A DNA stretch of 55,350 nt, counting the filler, from Platydemus manokwari (lineage: Eukaryota), in the NCBI GenBank assembly GCA_037951405.1. It is 5 parts of 5 records of this genome, joined end to end, with 100 filler letters (N's around TTAATTAATTAA, not from the genome) between each part and the next. Parts side by side here need not be neighbours in the genome. Positions count along the whole stretch, not along the records: positions 10,430 to 20,904 come from JBBMOY011130996.1; positions 21,005 to 32,707 come from JBBMOY010509997.1; 3 more parts are not named here. One strand, written 5' to 3'. Positions 12,240 through 25,100 of the stretch are shown here, in pieces. Under the pieces are notes generated by a model, which saw only the letters and a list, made by a program, of their open reading frames with translations, was not told the DNA's origin and did not search any database. Position numbers and translations under genes: made by a program. The first letter of the stretch is position 1, and every line of letters begins with the position of its first letter.

Positions 12240-12696
12240 CGACTATGCTGGGTATATCACAAATCAATCAAAAGGGTCACAATAACTAAGAAAAGAACCC
12301 TAAAAAGGGTCAATACACACAAACTCTATAAACACACTAGCTGTCAACCAATCATATTCGTTCTAATGTCAATCCATAATAAAGCACATGCCTTCAAACG
12401 GCAGAAAGCTCAAATATCCTCAAATGGCATGAGAGATGTAAGGAAAATCTCAAGTAAATCGATCCACGAACAAATTCAGAAAATGGAAAACAAAGATCCG
12501 TGACAACAAACAGGCGCACCCGATGGGTTATATAAAAGAGGTTGAATTCCATGAATTCTTGCCAGTTCTTTTTGGTCGGTAACTTCAATGCTTAGCTTAC
12601 CTGCGATTTTAGTAATCAGTCTTTTTGATTTCTTTTCATTATGTTTTGACTTTCGAGCGCTGGTCCCATCTTGAGTGATTTTCTTTGTGAATTACG
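12240..12696 (-). repeat. Dispersed repeat of about 460 bp (partner 39338-39795, opposite orientation); probable TE fragment
   Basis: Reverse complement colinear with 39338-39795, e.g. ATCAAAAAGACTGATTACTAAAATC identical. Confidence 0.8.
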
Positions 12697-13149
12697 TTAA
12701 CATTTGTCATTGTTATTATTGAGGCTTCAAATCTATTATTTTAGTTAATACAAATTTTCAGATCTAAATTTTTGATTGATAACCCAACAATAGTAATTTA
12801 ATTATTACTGACGACAATTGAACTCAATTAATATCAAATCGGTTAATTTGTGTCGAGGACTCGTCCTCCTATTTCTATCCTATATCCCAAAAAGTTTTAA
12901 TAATGCATACAAAAAGGACATGATTTAAAATCCTCACATGTGCACTTACAAGTCGAAAAATGTAAATAATAAAAAACTATGCGCATAAACATTAACATCA
13001 AATACTAACTATTATTCCAACAATTTATAGTAGTAAATCCAGCATATTTTTATGACTAATTTGGCATGATTGCGACAATTTATTGATTCTATTATTCTTT
13101 AAATGAAATAAATTATCAATTCTGTTCAAGTATTTTGATATTCTCTATT

Positions 13150-14810
13150 CATTGTCTGATTACCTGAAAAGCGGAACAATGTTCAATTTAATTTCCAAAG
13201 AAAATCCAAATCAATTTAATTTAATCGACAATGCAAATTAAATTAAAAATGGAATCTATCTTAGACATAACTGATAAACCTGACTGAATAAACAGCGATT
13301 TACTTTATTGAATTTTATCCTTATATATAATATTCTCAAGATCAGAAGATGTACCATTTCTAAATGATTCTATGATTCTAAATATTGGTCTTGATAATAT
13401 ACATGATTTAATTCAATAATTTCAACGATTATATATGTGATTAGATGTTTACGATTAATCGGTGATTGGATGAGATTTTCTGATAAAACAAGACAATTAA
13501 AATAATAAACGTTATTTAAATTAACGGATCCAATTTCGTCCGAAAGGACATATATAAGCATCTTCTAAATATCACTTCAAAACACCTTTCTTTTCATGGA
13601 TTTGTGATATCCAATTTAGAAACCAGTTACGCCTTTGATACGGAACCATCTGTTATCAATTTGGTATTCTAGATTAACCAAACGTTTCATTATTCAAACA
13701 CTGCAAGTAGTAGACATTATTCTTTTAAGTAAAATATATCTTTCTTAGTAGCTCTTATCTACTTTCTGCGGTGATGACGAGAGCCAACGTTTATTCCAAA
13801 AGATTATCTATATAGTTATAACCAAACTAAAATCAATCAGTACAAACTTTATAATATTTTTCAGTGGCAAAGACTCAAAAGAAAAGCAGCATCCTTAACC
13901 TTTAAAAATACATATGTACTGTTGAGTTATTCCTCAACAATTAACGAATCGCTTACTCCAAAACTAGAATGCTAAAACTTTATTTCAATTACGTACTACT
14001 CAGTGCGACTTGAAAAATAAATACACTCAACATACTTCTCAAAACATAAACAAAATCTTGCTTCCAACTTGCAGTTAGTCATCTTTACATCGATATTTAT
14101 ACTCGAGACCTGTGTATAATGTTTTATATTGTATCACATCTTGATTGGATCTTTACTTTTCCATGTTCTTATTGGGCTTTTAAGTTTTTGCATGAATGGG
14201 ATTGGTCAATTCCTATGTGTGCTGTCGTGTGGCTTGATCGATTTTCCAATTGGTGTTTATCACCTAACTTCATTGTGATTAGCTGGTTGCTATGCCTGTA
14301 TGGTTGCGAAGGCGTGCAAATGTTTAAAGTGCTTTATCATGGGCTCTAAGGTGCAAATCTGTTTTACTTTTGCAGAATTTAATCTCACTCAACAATACAC
14401 CGGTGACAATACATGTACATCATATAATTTAAAACTAAATAAAGTTTGAACATTCACTACAAAAATACATACCATCACAAGACCGCCGGGTATTCAAAAC
14501 TATGAATTATTAATAAACTTTGTTAATTAATAAAAAAAACCCTCACCTCATGCGTTTTGCCACGATCACTCTAAAACACGTAGCGATTCTGGACATAAGG
14601 GCAATATTTTTTTATTGGTAACTTATATTCAGAATTCCTGATCATCTTTGATGTTCTGAGCCCTTTATTATTTGATTTTGATCTTGGAATTTTATTTGAT
14701 CTGTGATTTTGATTGTAAATAATTTAGTTCGAATTGTGATTTATTATATTTTAATATCGTTTCTGTCTTTATTATAATCTAACAATTTTTTAGTATTTTG
14801 GCCAATCGGT
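13150..14810 (-). pseudogene. Possible decayed beta-1,4-galactosyltransferase-like (GT7) pseudogene interrupted by the solo LTR
   Basis: Ordered relic motifs on the minus strand: YCPYV (~14595), IPGG (~14487), TLALVI (~13780), IGYHKSMK (~13600), NLNNVY (~13515), KFNKVN (~13305). They resemble GT7 CP..PGG..VAIIIP..NvGy.EAlK..N.Y.C..F.KvNGF. Many stops and frameshifts. Confidence 0.35.
13920..14413 (-). mobile_element. Solo LTR (494 bp)
   Basis: TG...CA termini flanked by a perfect 5-bp TSD TGTAC (13915-13919 and 14414-14418). On the minus strand, TATAAA (14096-14101) lies upstream of AATAAA (~13980). No coding potential. An alternative right end at 14394 gives an 8-bp terminal IR (TGTTGAGT/ACTCAACA). 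Confidence 0.7.
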
Positions 14811-15599
14811 ATCTAATTTCAATTTATATCATTAAAAATATAAGAACAAATTTCATAAAATAAAATAAAAATTTTAAATCGGTGAACAACCTCAAATTAA
14901 CACCAATTAATTCATACTGAACGTTAGATATCTATTAACACTGAATATTCAAAATTGTAATTAAATTCACTAGGTTATATTTTAAAATCAAATTGTCAAT
15001 ATTTGCACTCTAAATCACGCTCAAAGAACAAAACCATTTAACAGTCCTGATTTTAATTTTAATAAAATTCCAAGTTAAACAAATTCAAATTCACTGTTTA
15101 ATGTAAATTTTTAAATCGAAAAATCAAATGCTATTCTTCCAGATTATAGTTCAATTCGTGCAATGGTAATTAATTTTCTAAAAATTAATTTAATCGTTTA
15201 CTTTGTTCTAATCAAACAGGTTAACAATTCATTAATAAGAATATCATTCGAAAATATATTTACACAATAGAATTATTGGATTACGTTAAGAAAGAGGGTC
15301 TTTTGACTCAATTTTAAAATACTGGCTTTTCGTGGGTTATTTGATATTAAAATTTATTTGTAATCATATTTTAAGGAAATTTTTACATAAAATTCAATTT
15401 TAGATTAAAAACCAAAAATCAACTCTAATAATCAAAAACCATGTATTCAATACCCTCTACTATATTCGACACATTGAAAACATTCCACGACAATTTCTAC
15501 GACGATATTTAGACCTTCAATTATATTTCTATGCCAAGATATTTCTTCATTGGCGAGGAAATATTAGATATCATTCTGATTGCTTTTAATATTAATAGA

Positions 15600-16600
15600 A
15601 GGGGACCTCGCTATTTTTCAATTAATTGCATTTTGACCTACTTTATCCTGTTTATTAAGTAATTAATTTTTAAGAGATTTTAAAAATTATGTGCATGTAT
15701 TATTTGATTCTAAATAACTAAAACTTTACTCAAGTACTTAAATAAAAAATTCAAAATGTTATTAAATAACTTAATTAAATAATCTATATAAATTTTTGCA
15801 ATACACTTCACAATTTTAACATTTTATTTTAGGACCCTATTTTTTAACTTTAGCCCTATGTTTTGTTCATATTAGACATCCTAAATAGTAAGATATTAAT
15901 TGAATTATACGAATAAATCAAACATCGCGATTATAAATAAAATTAAATTATAAAATTATCTCATACTCGAAAATTCATTATTACGAAATTAGGTCAAAGG
16001 ATCGTTTTTCTTAACTTAAGGTAATAATTCGTAATAATGAATTTTCACGCATGAGAAAATTTTATAAATTAATTTTATTTATAATCGCGATGTTTGATTT
16101 ATTTGTATAATTCAATTTATATCTTACTTTTTAAGCTGTCTAATATGAACAAAACATAGTTTTTAAATTAAGGTCCTATTTCAATCACAGCACTTCTATA
16201 TGATTATTTGATTTTTTATATTTAATTTTTTTTTAATAATAAATTGAGTTAGTTAATTACAGACATGTTTAATAAGATCATAGCTTTTTTATAAAATAAT
16301 TTTAAAAATTTAGAGCATCTCTAAATTTGCTTCTACCGTAAAAATGGGGTCCTCAATAATTTTCAATAAATTGCTACTCGATCTGCTTTAATCCGTTTTT
16401 CAAATAATCAATTTTTAGGAAATTTTGAAGATCTGATCTATTTAATATTTGATTTTAAACAACTAAAATTCTTAAGTATTTAAATAAAAATTCAAAATGT
16501 TTTTAAAGAATATAATTAAATAAACTATATAGATTTTTGCAATACACTCAACAAATTTAAAATTTCATTTTGTGAGCTTTTTTTAAAAACTTTAGCCCTA
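15600..16600 (+). repeat. Direct repeat pair of about 255 bp (15600-15858 vs 16345-16600) around the foldback
   Basis: Both begin GGGG.CCTC, share AAATAAAAA(A)TTCAAAATGT...TTTTTGCAATACACT and end TTTAGCCCTA. Confidence 0.7.
15830..16178. repeat. Foldback/MITE-like long inverted repeat (arms about 130 bp, spacer about 40 bp)
   Basis: 15856-15987 is nearly the reverse complement of 16028-16159; outer TAGGACC/GGTCCTA also pair. Confidence 0.85.
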
Positions 16601-16987
16601 ATTTACCATAAATTTCCATTCCTAAAATTACTGTTGGTGAAGATTAAAAAAAAGCCTAATTTCCCCATCGATTTTCCAATCACGATAACATCATTTTCCA
16701 ATTTTCAAGATCATTAATTCAAGATTAAATGTTTTGTTTTTCGATTTTTAGCTTCGCTTTGATATTTGTCAATACATTAAATGGGCCATTGTTTTTTTTG
16801 TCTCTTTTTTATCAAATAAATATTTTTGAATTGAACGAAAAGAATTTAATTAACAATTGGTGGAGTTAGAAAATTTCGGAATCTCTTCAATGCAAATCAG
16901 TTCTGTAGAATGAAAATTTTAAAATCAACTCGTACAGTAGCTTGTCAAATCGGTAAAGGCAATTAATTATACGGAATAAAATTCTGT

Positions 16988-17340
16988 TACAAGCGATGGT
17001 ATCGATTGTTATGGATTTTTTTTAGAGGAGAAAAATATCTCATCTATCATGCATGCATTGTTCTCAACAATTCTCCTACCGGTTGGTTTATACGAACAAA
17101 AAAATTATTTAATTATCAAAACGAATATAATATATTTTTTAAGATATAGACTATTTAATGAAAATCAAGAGTTCTTCTAATACAAGCGATAATATCGATT
17201 GTTATGGATATATTTTGCAGAGAAAATTATCTCGTCTATCTCTAGCAAATGCTGTTCAGAACAATTTCTCTGTCAATTGGTTTAATGATAAAAAGTTATT
17301 TACTAATTAGAACAAACATAATTTTTGTATCTGATAGACA
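16988..17340 (+). repeat. Tandem duplication, period about 190 bp
   Basis: TACAAGCGAT..TATCGATTGTTATGGAT starts both units (16988, 17181), with colinear similarity after. Confidence 0.7.
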
Positions 17341-18782
17341 ATTAATTAAAACAAAATATCTTCATCCCTATGAGAGCTCTCGCAGTGCATAAGATATTTC
17401 CAGTTTTTAGAATAATGTTCATCAATGTACTGTGTGTGTTGTGAAATATTGTTTATGAGAAAAGATTCACTGAAGCATGTCATGTAAAGGCTTAACAGAT
17501 TTTTTAAGCGATATTGTAAAGTAGGGAATCCGGTTTCCATGTAGAATTAATAATTTAATGCTTTACTATTTTCGTATACAGGAATTGTTTCTTTGTTCCT
17601 GGGTAATTATATATTGATGATTAGATACTGGTATTTTATTAAATGCACGTTAAAAACTTATTAAGTATTTCAACCCACAAAAGTATATTCAATCATAATA
17701 ATCCCAAAAATTACAAGAAGTATTTTTATTTATCGATTTTGTTTAAAAAGATTAAAACAATATTCATTAGAAGTTTTGAGATACTCACATATTCCTTTTT
17801 AAAGATCATTTCCATAAAATCAATGTACGGTTTTTGTTTTATTGGTTTTGTAGAAGTACAAGCTCTAAACGCTATGCAAAAAATTTTTCATTAACCGTAA
17901 TTAAATTTCCAACAAGCTTATTGATATCTGAGAATCTGAAACTAATTCTCACATTCAAAATTGTGTAGGATAAAATTCAAGACTCAAGTCTATAATTCAA
18001 TGTTCTGATGATATCTAGTGAACCTTTAAACCATAAATTATTGTTAGGAAGTTCCTAACATGGTTGGAAAAACGGGGAAAAAAGTTATACACCTCTTTCT
18101 ATTTCCAAAATTAAAGAGTTCTAATACGGAAAGGCTTACTTACACTTTTACTAAACAAGGAGAATATGAAATAACTGTGGATTATATTTCAAAATATTAT
18201 TGTTGTCTAAACCAAAGAATTGATATTAGGTCACGAGGAATTGAGTTCTTTTCCTTTCCTATCAATATTTATTATTTCAAAAGGTTACTTAATCTGACGG
18301 GAGCCTTGAGACAAAACAAGTTCAACGACAGTAAGAATTCCATTGTTAAATTTACTTGAAAAGAGAAGAATTTAAGCCTTAGCTATCAAATTTGAAATTC
18401 ACCAACAAATTTATGTCAACTTATTACCGACAGCAAATAGTTCAGTCGAACAAATAATCGTGATTTTGAGTGAAACTATAATGATAAAAACGAAATCAAG
18501 AACTATGTCATCTAAAATAATAAGAGCTCCATGAGCTACTATTACTTTAAGTAGCACTCATTGAAAACGAACTGAAAAGTCACGAAATTAAATTCAATTA
18601 AAAATTCTCACACCTCCCACTCTTTAAAATTTTTGATTTTATTTTCATTCTTAATCGTCTCTGTATTGAATATTCTAGATATTTATCGAAATAAAAATCT
18701 CTAATTGTTATATTCTTTATATCCTTTTTGTGTCGCTTTTATGTCTTCTATACAGCTTCTTTATATCTTTTTATATATACTC

Positions 18783-19355
18783 AATGTGAAAGAAGAAACC
18801 ATCAAAAATGGTTTCAAAAAGGTTGCGATTATTCCAGGTATTCAAGAATTTTATGTTGAAGAAAACCGGTAATCAGATCCAGTTTTTGAGACACACAAGA
18901 ATGAGTGTTGAAGAGGATATGATCCAAAAAGAATAAGTCATTTATGATGATGAAATCATTGCATTGTGTCAAGAAGAATACACTGTTTAAGATGTTGTAC
19001 TTAGTGATGAAAATTGTCAGGTTAATTTCAGTTAAAACATACGGCCAAGCAACTTATTCTATTCAATGGAAATTGTCATCCAAGCAAGTTCCTCTTCAAA
19101 CAGCTCTACTCAAATGATAACCAATGATTCAATAAATATAGTAAAAGAAGTCAAAGTTGATTTACAGAAATTCATTCAAAAGAAAACCACACAAAAAACT
19201 TTAGATGATTTTTTAAATATACAATTGTTTTTTTCTTAATAATTTCATCATTTATATGGCTATGATATGGATTTTAAATTCCTTCATTATCCGAATTAAT
19301 TCACAATCCGAAAAGAAATCGATTTATTATTTTTCTTATTAATGAGGATTGACTG
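18783..19355 (+). mobile_element. pogo/Tigger transposon 3' remnant with right TIR
   Basis: NVKEETIKNGFKKVAI (~V...TI.NCF.KaG), DDEIIAL and C-terminal TQKTLDDFL; ends ATTAATGAGGATTGACTG followed by TA. Confidence 0.7.
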
Positions 19356-20279
19356 TATATCTTCCTCCTTCTTTGTATAATTTCCACTCATTAATCTTCT
19401 CAAAATCCAGTCTTGGCATGGCCACCATTTTAGCTACTATTACTTTACGTACCACTATATCTTTTCTATATCATATCTATATCATCCTCCTTTCACTCTA
19501 TAATATTCTTTTATTGATCTACTCAAGATCAAATCCAATCTCTATTATTCTAAAGATACAAATCGAAAACTAATTTTAAAATCACAACACATAAAGTAAA
19601 TTTAATTTAATAATTTAAACAAAAATCAAATTGATGTTATAAATCGGAATTTTGATTATAAATCTTTTCAAATTTTAAATAATTTTAAAATTCTCACATC
19701 AGATACAGTTAATATTATCTCAATTCATTCGATAATCAATTCAGTGTTGCTAATAAACTGTTTATGGAATGATGAAAGGATGAATTCAAATAAATCCATC
19801 AGAATGTCATTTACACTTAAATGAAAACTGATATCATAATTGGGGAGAGAAGCTTGTCAATAACACGAATCGATTTTTTTCAACCGATTCAAACGTTTCC
19901 CATTCAAAAAATAATTTTATTTCTCGTCTTCATTGATATTGGAGATATTTATCAACCATTCTTTGTAAAGAATCTTCCAATGTGTGAAACAATTTCATAA
20001 TGGATATTCATGGCATGGGAATGAGAGCAATTTAATTTATTTTTGACAGGGAAAATTAAATCATGATCCACAATATCATGATCGATTCTAACATAATAAA
20101 TATCTGTCCCTAATCGCTGAATTAATTTCAACGAAAATCGTTGCCTTATTCCCATAATTTCTTCATTATTCTGGGAAGTCTATGAGTCTCTGTCAGGCGA
20201 AATAAATCTCATTTAATTGTGGCCTTCAACAAATATATTTTTATCTCATTTTAATTCTTCATTATCTCACATTGTCACA

Positions 20280-20535
20280 GTTCTTTATAATTAAGCGGTG
20301 GGGTTTACATTGGATATCTTTGAAGGATATTAAAAAAAAATTATTACCCGAAGCTGGAATTATATCAGAAATTTAGAATAGACAATCTCAGGTTTTCATT
20401 CACACAATATAAAAACAATTTACTGACAAATATCCCCAATCGTTCATTGATTTAATAGGTTTTTCATTGATGGCAAACAATGGATTTGTCTTTTCCCGAT
20501 TGTGTTTATTTTAATGGCAAGATAAAGTGAAAAAC
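20280..20535 (+). mobile_element. Possible MULE transposase remnant
   Basis: FIDGKQWICLFPIVFILMAR*SE resembles the MULE P(l/i)vfaLm..k.e motif; heavily decayed. Confidence 0.3.
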
Positions 20536-20769
20536 TGACAAACCTTCTCATTTACAGATTCTCTCTATGTAATTGATTTTCATAAATTGTAAATCGACAG
20601 GAAACTCACTTAATAAAACTCCATTCAATTTGACTAGTGTACTTATTTTCGAATGGATGCACACGACAGAAATGATGAAAAATTAATTATTGAACACAAA
20701 AGTAAATTGTGTTTGAAAGTTTTTGTAATTTGAAAAATTTGATTTTTATAGAAAATTAAAAGGATATAT

Positions 20770-20904
20770 AATTATAAAAATTATAAAAAATTATAAAAAA
20801 TTATAAAAATTATAAAAATTTTAAAAATTATAAAAATTATAAAAATTATAAAAAATTATAAAACTTATAAAAATTATAAAAATTATAAAAATTATAAAAA
20901 TTAT
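20770..20904 (+). repeat. (ATTATAAAA)n minisatellite, 9-10 bp unit
   Basis: Directly visible; runs into gap. Confidence 0.9.
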
Positions 20905-21004
20905 NNNNNNNNNNNNNNNNNNNNNNNNNNNNNNNNNNNNNNNNNNNNTTAATTAATTAANNNNNNNNNNNNNNNNNNNNNNNNNNNNNNNNNNNNNNNN
21001 NNNN

Positions 21005-21076
<72 letters not shown>
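21005..21076 (+). repeat. (AAT)n microsatellite
   Basis: Directly visible after gap. Confidence 0.95.
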
Positions 21077-21079
<3 letters not shown>

Positions 21080-21940
21080 CGATGATAATAATAACAATAA
21101 GATATTTCTTATTTCTAACAAATGGTTCACTGCTTTAATTGTAACTGATTTAGGATTTTATATTTCTTCTATCCTTGAGGTCAAAATATTCAAGAAGAAT
21201 TTCAAAATGGTGAGCAACATTTAACCACAGCCAATTCAAAAATAGTAATTATAATGATATTTTATTAATAAATTATTGCTTATTATTTTTCCAATCATTA
21301 TTATTATAATTATCATTAATACCCTTTACATCAGCTTATTTGTTTAAATGAGGCAGGTTTGTGGATGGTTTTAATACGTTATAGGAACGATAATCTGGAT
21401 TTAAAATGATCGACTTTGTAAGATATTCAATTCTATACATGAGATGTGGACTTGGAAATAATTTGATTCAAGTTTAAACGAAATCATATCAATCACGCAT
21501 GTATATATCAATCGAATCCAATCAAAAACAAATGAAAACATTTCAATTGGACCAAAGGTTTTGAAAATAAGATCTAATGTTTACATAGTTATTTGATATC
21601 GATAAGTTTGATACCGATCATGTTTAAATCAATATATTTGATTTATTTAGTGATATATATATATATTTGTGTGTGTGTTCAAATTAATAATATATTATTT
21701 AATAATTGTATTGATTATCATTAATATTATCGATATTATATTATTAGATATATTCAAAGCCAATAAATCATTATTATGATCAAGGTTGCAATGAAATGTG
21801 GGTTTCACATTAATTTTATTTATATTGATGTGAAAATTTATGTTTAAGTCGTTTAAAATCGATAAAGATTTTATTTATTAATGGTTTTATTTAAACAAAA
21901 GAAGTCATGCATAAGCCTTTATTGATCAAATCATTTCAGT

Positions 21941-22294
21941 TCAACATTTTGATTTATCGAAAAGTTGCTTCCAACTCTCAGTTGAAATATGTTTATCTTT
22001 AAATTCGCTAATGTTTTTATGAATTTTCCACAATTTGCCCCCGGTTTCCTTTCGTTCTTTGGCTTTACCGGGATCACTTCTCAGTTCCTGAAATTCTTTA
22101 TATGTTTTTCCTAATTCACTTTGAATGTTTTGAAATTGTTCATAAAGATCCGGTGATAGAATTCTTTTCAAATATTCGTTAAGCCTGTCAATATCCTCCT
22201 TCGATGGTTTCCATTTTCCATCTCCACACAATCCTGAATCCACAGTCAGAAGAGACACCACAATGCTCACTAAGAGGAACAGTTCGAATTTCAT
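21941..22294 (-). CDS. Small secreted Lys/Glu-rich helical protein (117 aa), family unknown
   Basis: Clear N-terminal signal peptide (MKFELFLLVSIVVSLLTVDS). Uninterrupted single-exon ORF. TATAAA at 22324-22329 and AATAAA at 21918-21923 (minus). Confidence 0.85.
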   Translation of the reverse strand: MKFELFLLVSIVVSLLTVDSGLCGDGKWKPSKEDIDRLNEYLKRILSPDLYEQFQNIQSELGKTYKEFQELRSDPGKAKERKETGGKLWKIHKNISEFKDKHISTESWKQLFDKSKC

Positions 22295-23699
22295 TGCTGT
22301 TCGTTAACATTTTTGTTGAAATATTTATACTTATTTTCGTTCAATTGTCTGAATGGGATCACCATATCAATTATTACAATGGCTCGACAGTGTCAACTGT
22401 CAATAAGTCCCTGATTCACACATTCTCAGTTTAACAAAGTACGACCATGAAGCATTTCGTCACATTAATTTAACCAAATAAATGAGATCAGTACAATAGT
22501 TAATAAACATTTCATTTTAGTGAGTTTGTCATGAAAAAGTATGACGATTAAATTTATGTATGATAATAAAAATTATCGATTAAATTTTATAATAAATAAT
22601 TTTTTTATAATTTATAAAAATATTTCTTCTATATTTTTGATATTTGAGAATATATGAGAAAATTATTTCGAGACAAATCTATCAATTAAATTAAAAAAAT
22701 AATTGACAAAAGTAGAACAAGAATTGACACCTATTCGACGTCTAACCTCTAATTATTCACATGTCAAAATAGATCAGATTTTTTTTATAAGAGAAACAGT
22801 TGACATTTAGAATCTATAAAAAATCCTTAAGTATAATTAAAATCACGTTGAAAATTAACTTTCTTTAAGATGACGAATATTTAAACAAATTGGATAAATC
22901 AATTTTCATTAAAAGATAACTTGTCGGGATGTTTAGCGCAGAAAGCTAGAAGAAATGAGAAAAAAATCTTAACTTTTCGTTTGAAAAATAATAAAATTTT
23001 AAAATAAAGATCTTGTAGTTATATATTTTCAATAATTAATCTTGTTTTACTTTGGTGAAATGCCCTGTTTCTCATTTTAACGTGGAATTCAAGACATTGT
23101 TAATTGGATACAATGCGTTTCTTTATTTTATAATTGTTTAACTTCAAAAATCGATGTTTATATTTTACTATTGTGCTAAAAATAATCTGTACCGTCTTTA
23201 TGCTATTGATGTCCCTTTTGGGTCCTCTATTTAATTTTTCTAAGATTTCTTTTCGGTTTTTAGTTCTCATTGAGTCAGATACTTATTCTTAATCATCGAA
23301 ATATATCTGCTTCAATATCTACCAAGACTCTTATTTCTATTCCATTTATGATCATACTTGTTGTTGGTCTGGTTTCACCAGTATATATCGTTATTGTACA
23401 CACATATTAAACATTTGAAAACTCTTTTATTTCTTGTTGTTCTCCTCGGTATGGTGTCGGTGTTGGTTGATATGTTTCCTTTCTTTTTATCTCTTCTGAT
23501 GCTTCACTTTCCTCTACCCGTCTTGATTATCACAGCAACATTTATATTGATTATGATATATTATCTTTATCTTTTTTTATGTATTTGCACTACTCAATAT
23601 TTAGCTACCATTGGACATAATGCTACAATTAGCCTCCATTCTTTTCCATATACTTTTTCAAAAAATTGATAAGCTAGTAGTTGTAAAAATAGTAATTTA

Positions 23700-25100
23700 A
23701 TTAATATTTCAGTACAGTATACTCCTAGGAAAAATGAGAAGAAATTTTCTATAACTTGAAAATGTTCCCAGATCTTTATAAAATATTCGCGGGTGCTTGA
23801 AGTGAAATTGAGTTAATATATCTTCATAGTTGTATCATCCATTACGGCCGTCTCCTTGTGTATTTTTCTCACAATCAATGTGAAATCTTTTTTCTTTGTA
23901 TCCGATTTAACATGTGCTTTATTGCCTTTCCATGCCTTCTGGTGAAAGTTATTCACTTCGTTCCATGTCTGGTATCACTTCAATTTCCATTCTCCTTGAC
24001 TTACTTGTAAGTTCTAAATTTTTTGAAGTGGTTGGTAACCTTTCTTTCATGGGATACGTTGATACTTGTTTAATTCGCACAATGGCGTTAATGCATTGGA
24101 GCAAGTGTCCATCACTTTTGGTTTGAATTTTTATCAGTTAAGATACTAGTTACTGGTACCATAATTATTCTCCTTGATATATAACTTCTAAGTAATTTTT
24201 AAATTGTTATACGTGGGCTGGAATTACTTGCATAGTTCTGCATTTAAAGGTATATAATGATGCATCAAGAACTCGTGCTAATATTACTTTTTCTTCATAT
24301 GGGGCAATTAATTTCCCGTTTGCTACTACAACTGCCATTTCAGTTCTTAGTAGTTTTCAAGTATTTCGACAATGATTCGCTTTTTATTCTTACTATGGTT
24401 TTTCCATATGAATCAAGGCTTGATGGCAAAATAGTCAAGTTCATTATAAAAATATGTTGGTATCTTTATATTCGTTCCAACAACAATTCTCTTTGCTTCT
24501 ATTATATGTTCATTGCTTAGAAAGGTGCCTTAATTAGTTTTCATTACCTCTTTTCTACATTTCACCCAATAACAATGTATTTTCACTCATATGTTGCATC
24601 AGTGGGCTTTCACAACACTCTTATTTGGCATTGTCTTGGAACCTCGGACATTTAAGAAGACAAAATTGTACTGATTATAAAACTTTTAGATTTTCAAAAG
24701 TAGTATTTAATCATCATTGCTAATCGAGGTGTAATTTCTTAAAAATTGATTTACCCACTTCCTTTGCAGCAATCTGTACAACTTATTTATTCTTTTTCTA
24801 TGCTTGCTTTTTCAAAACAAACAGATCAAAAGATCGTCGGGTTTAAAACATGACTTTATCCATTCTTAGAACTCTTTTGCTTCTTTATTTGAATTCAGAA
24901 ATACAAAAACAAATTCTACATTATGGAGTTATTTGCAGAACCTTTACATACTCATTTTATATCAAAGTGATCATTTCATGCCTATAACCGATTAATAAGC
25001 TCCTTCTAACGTTTGTATCTCTTGCTTTTAAGAGTATTTTAACGTTCTTATTAATTTATTTTCACAAATGCTATTGAGTAAATTACCGTAAATAATCACG
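23700..25100 (-). mobile_element. Decayed Gypsy-like LTR retrotransposon pol (RNase H - integrase)
   Basis: Ordered relics on minus: RNase H-like KRVLR, integrase Zn region VKAH...CYWVKCRKEV (~24600-24545), core PVTSILTDK (~24150), GPY/F-like WEHFQVIE (~23765). Many stops. Confidence 0.5.

Noticed and set aside
23358-24520. Hydrophobic plus-strand ORFs
   Set aside because: Antisense to the A-rich decayed Gypsy pol; hydrophobicity reflects T-richness.
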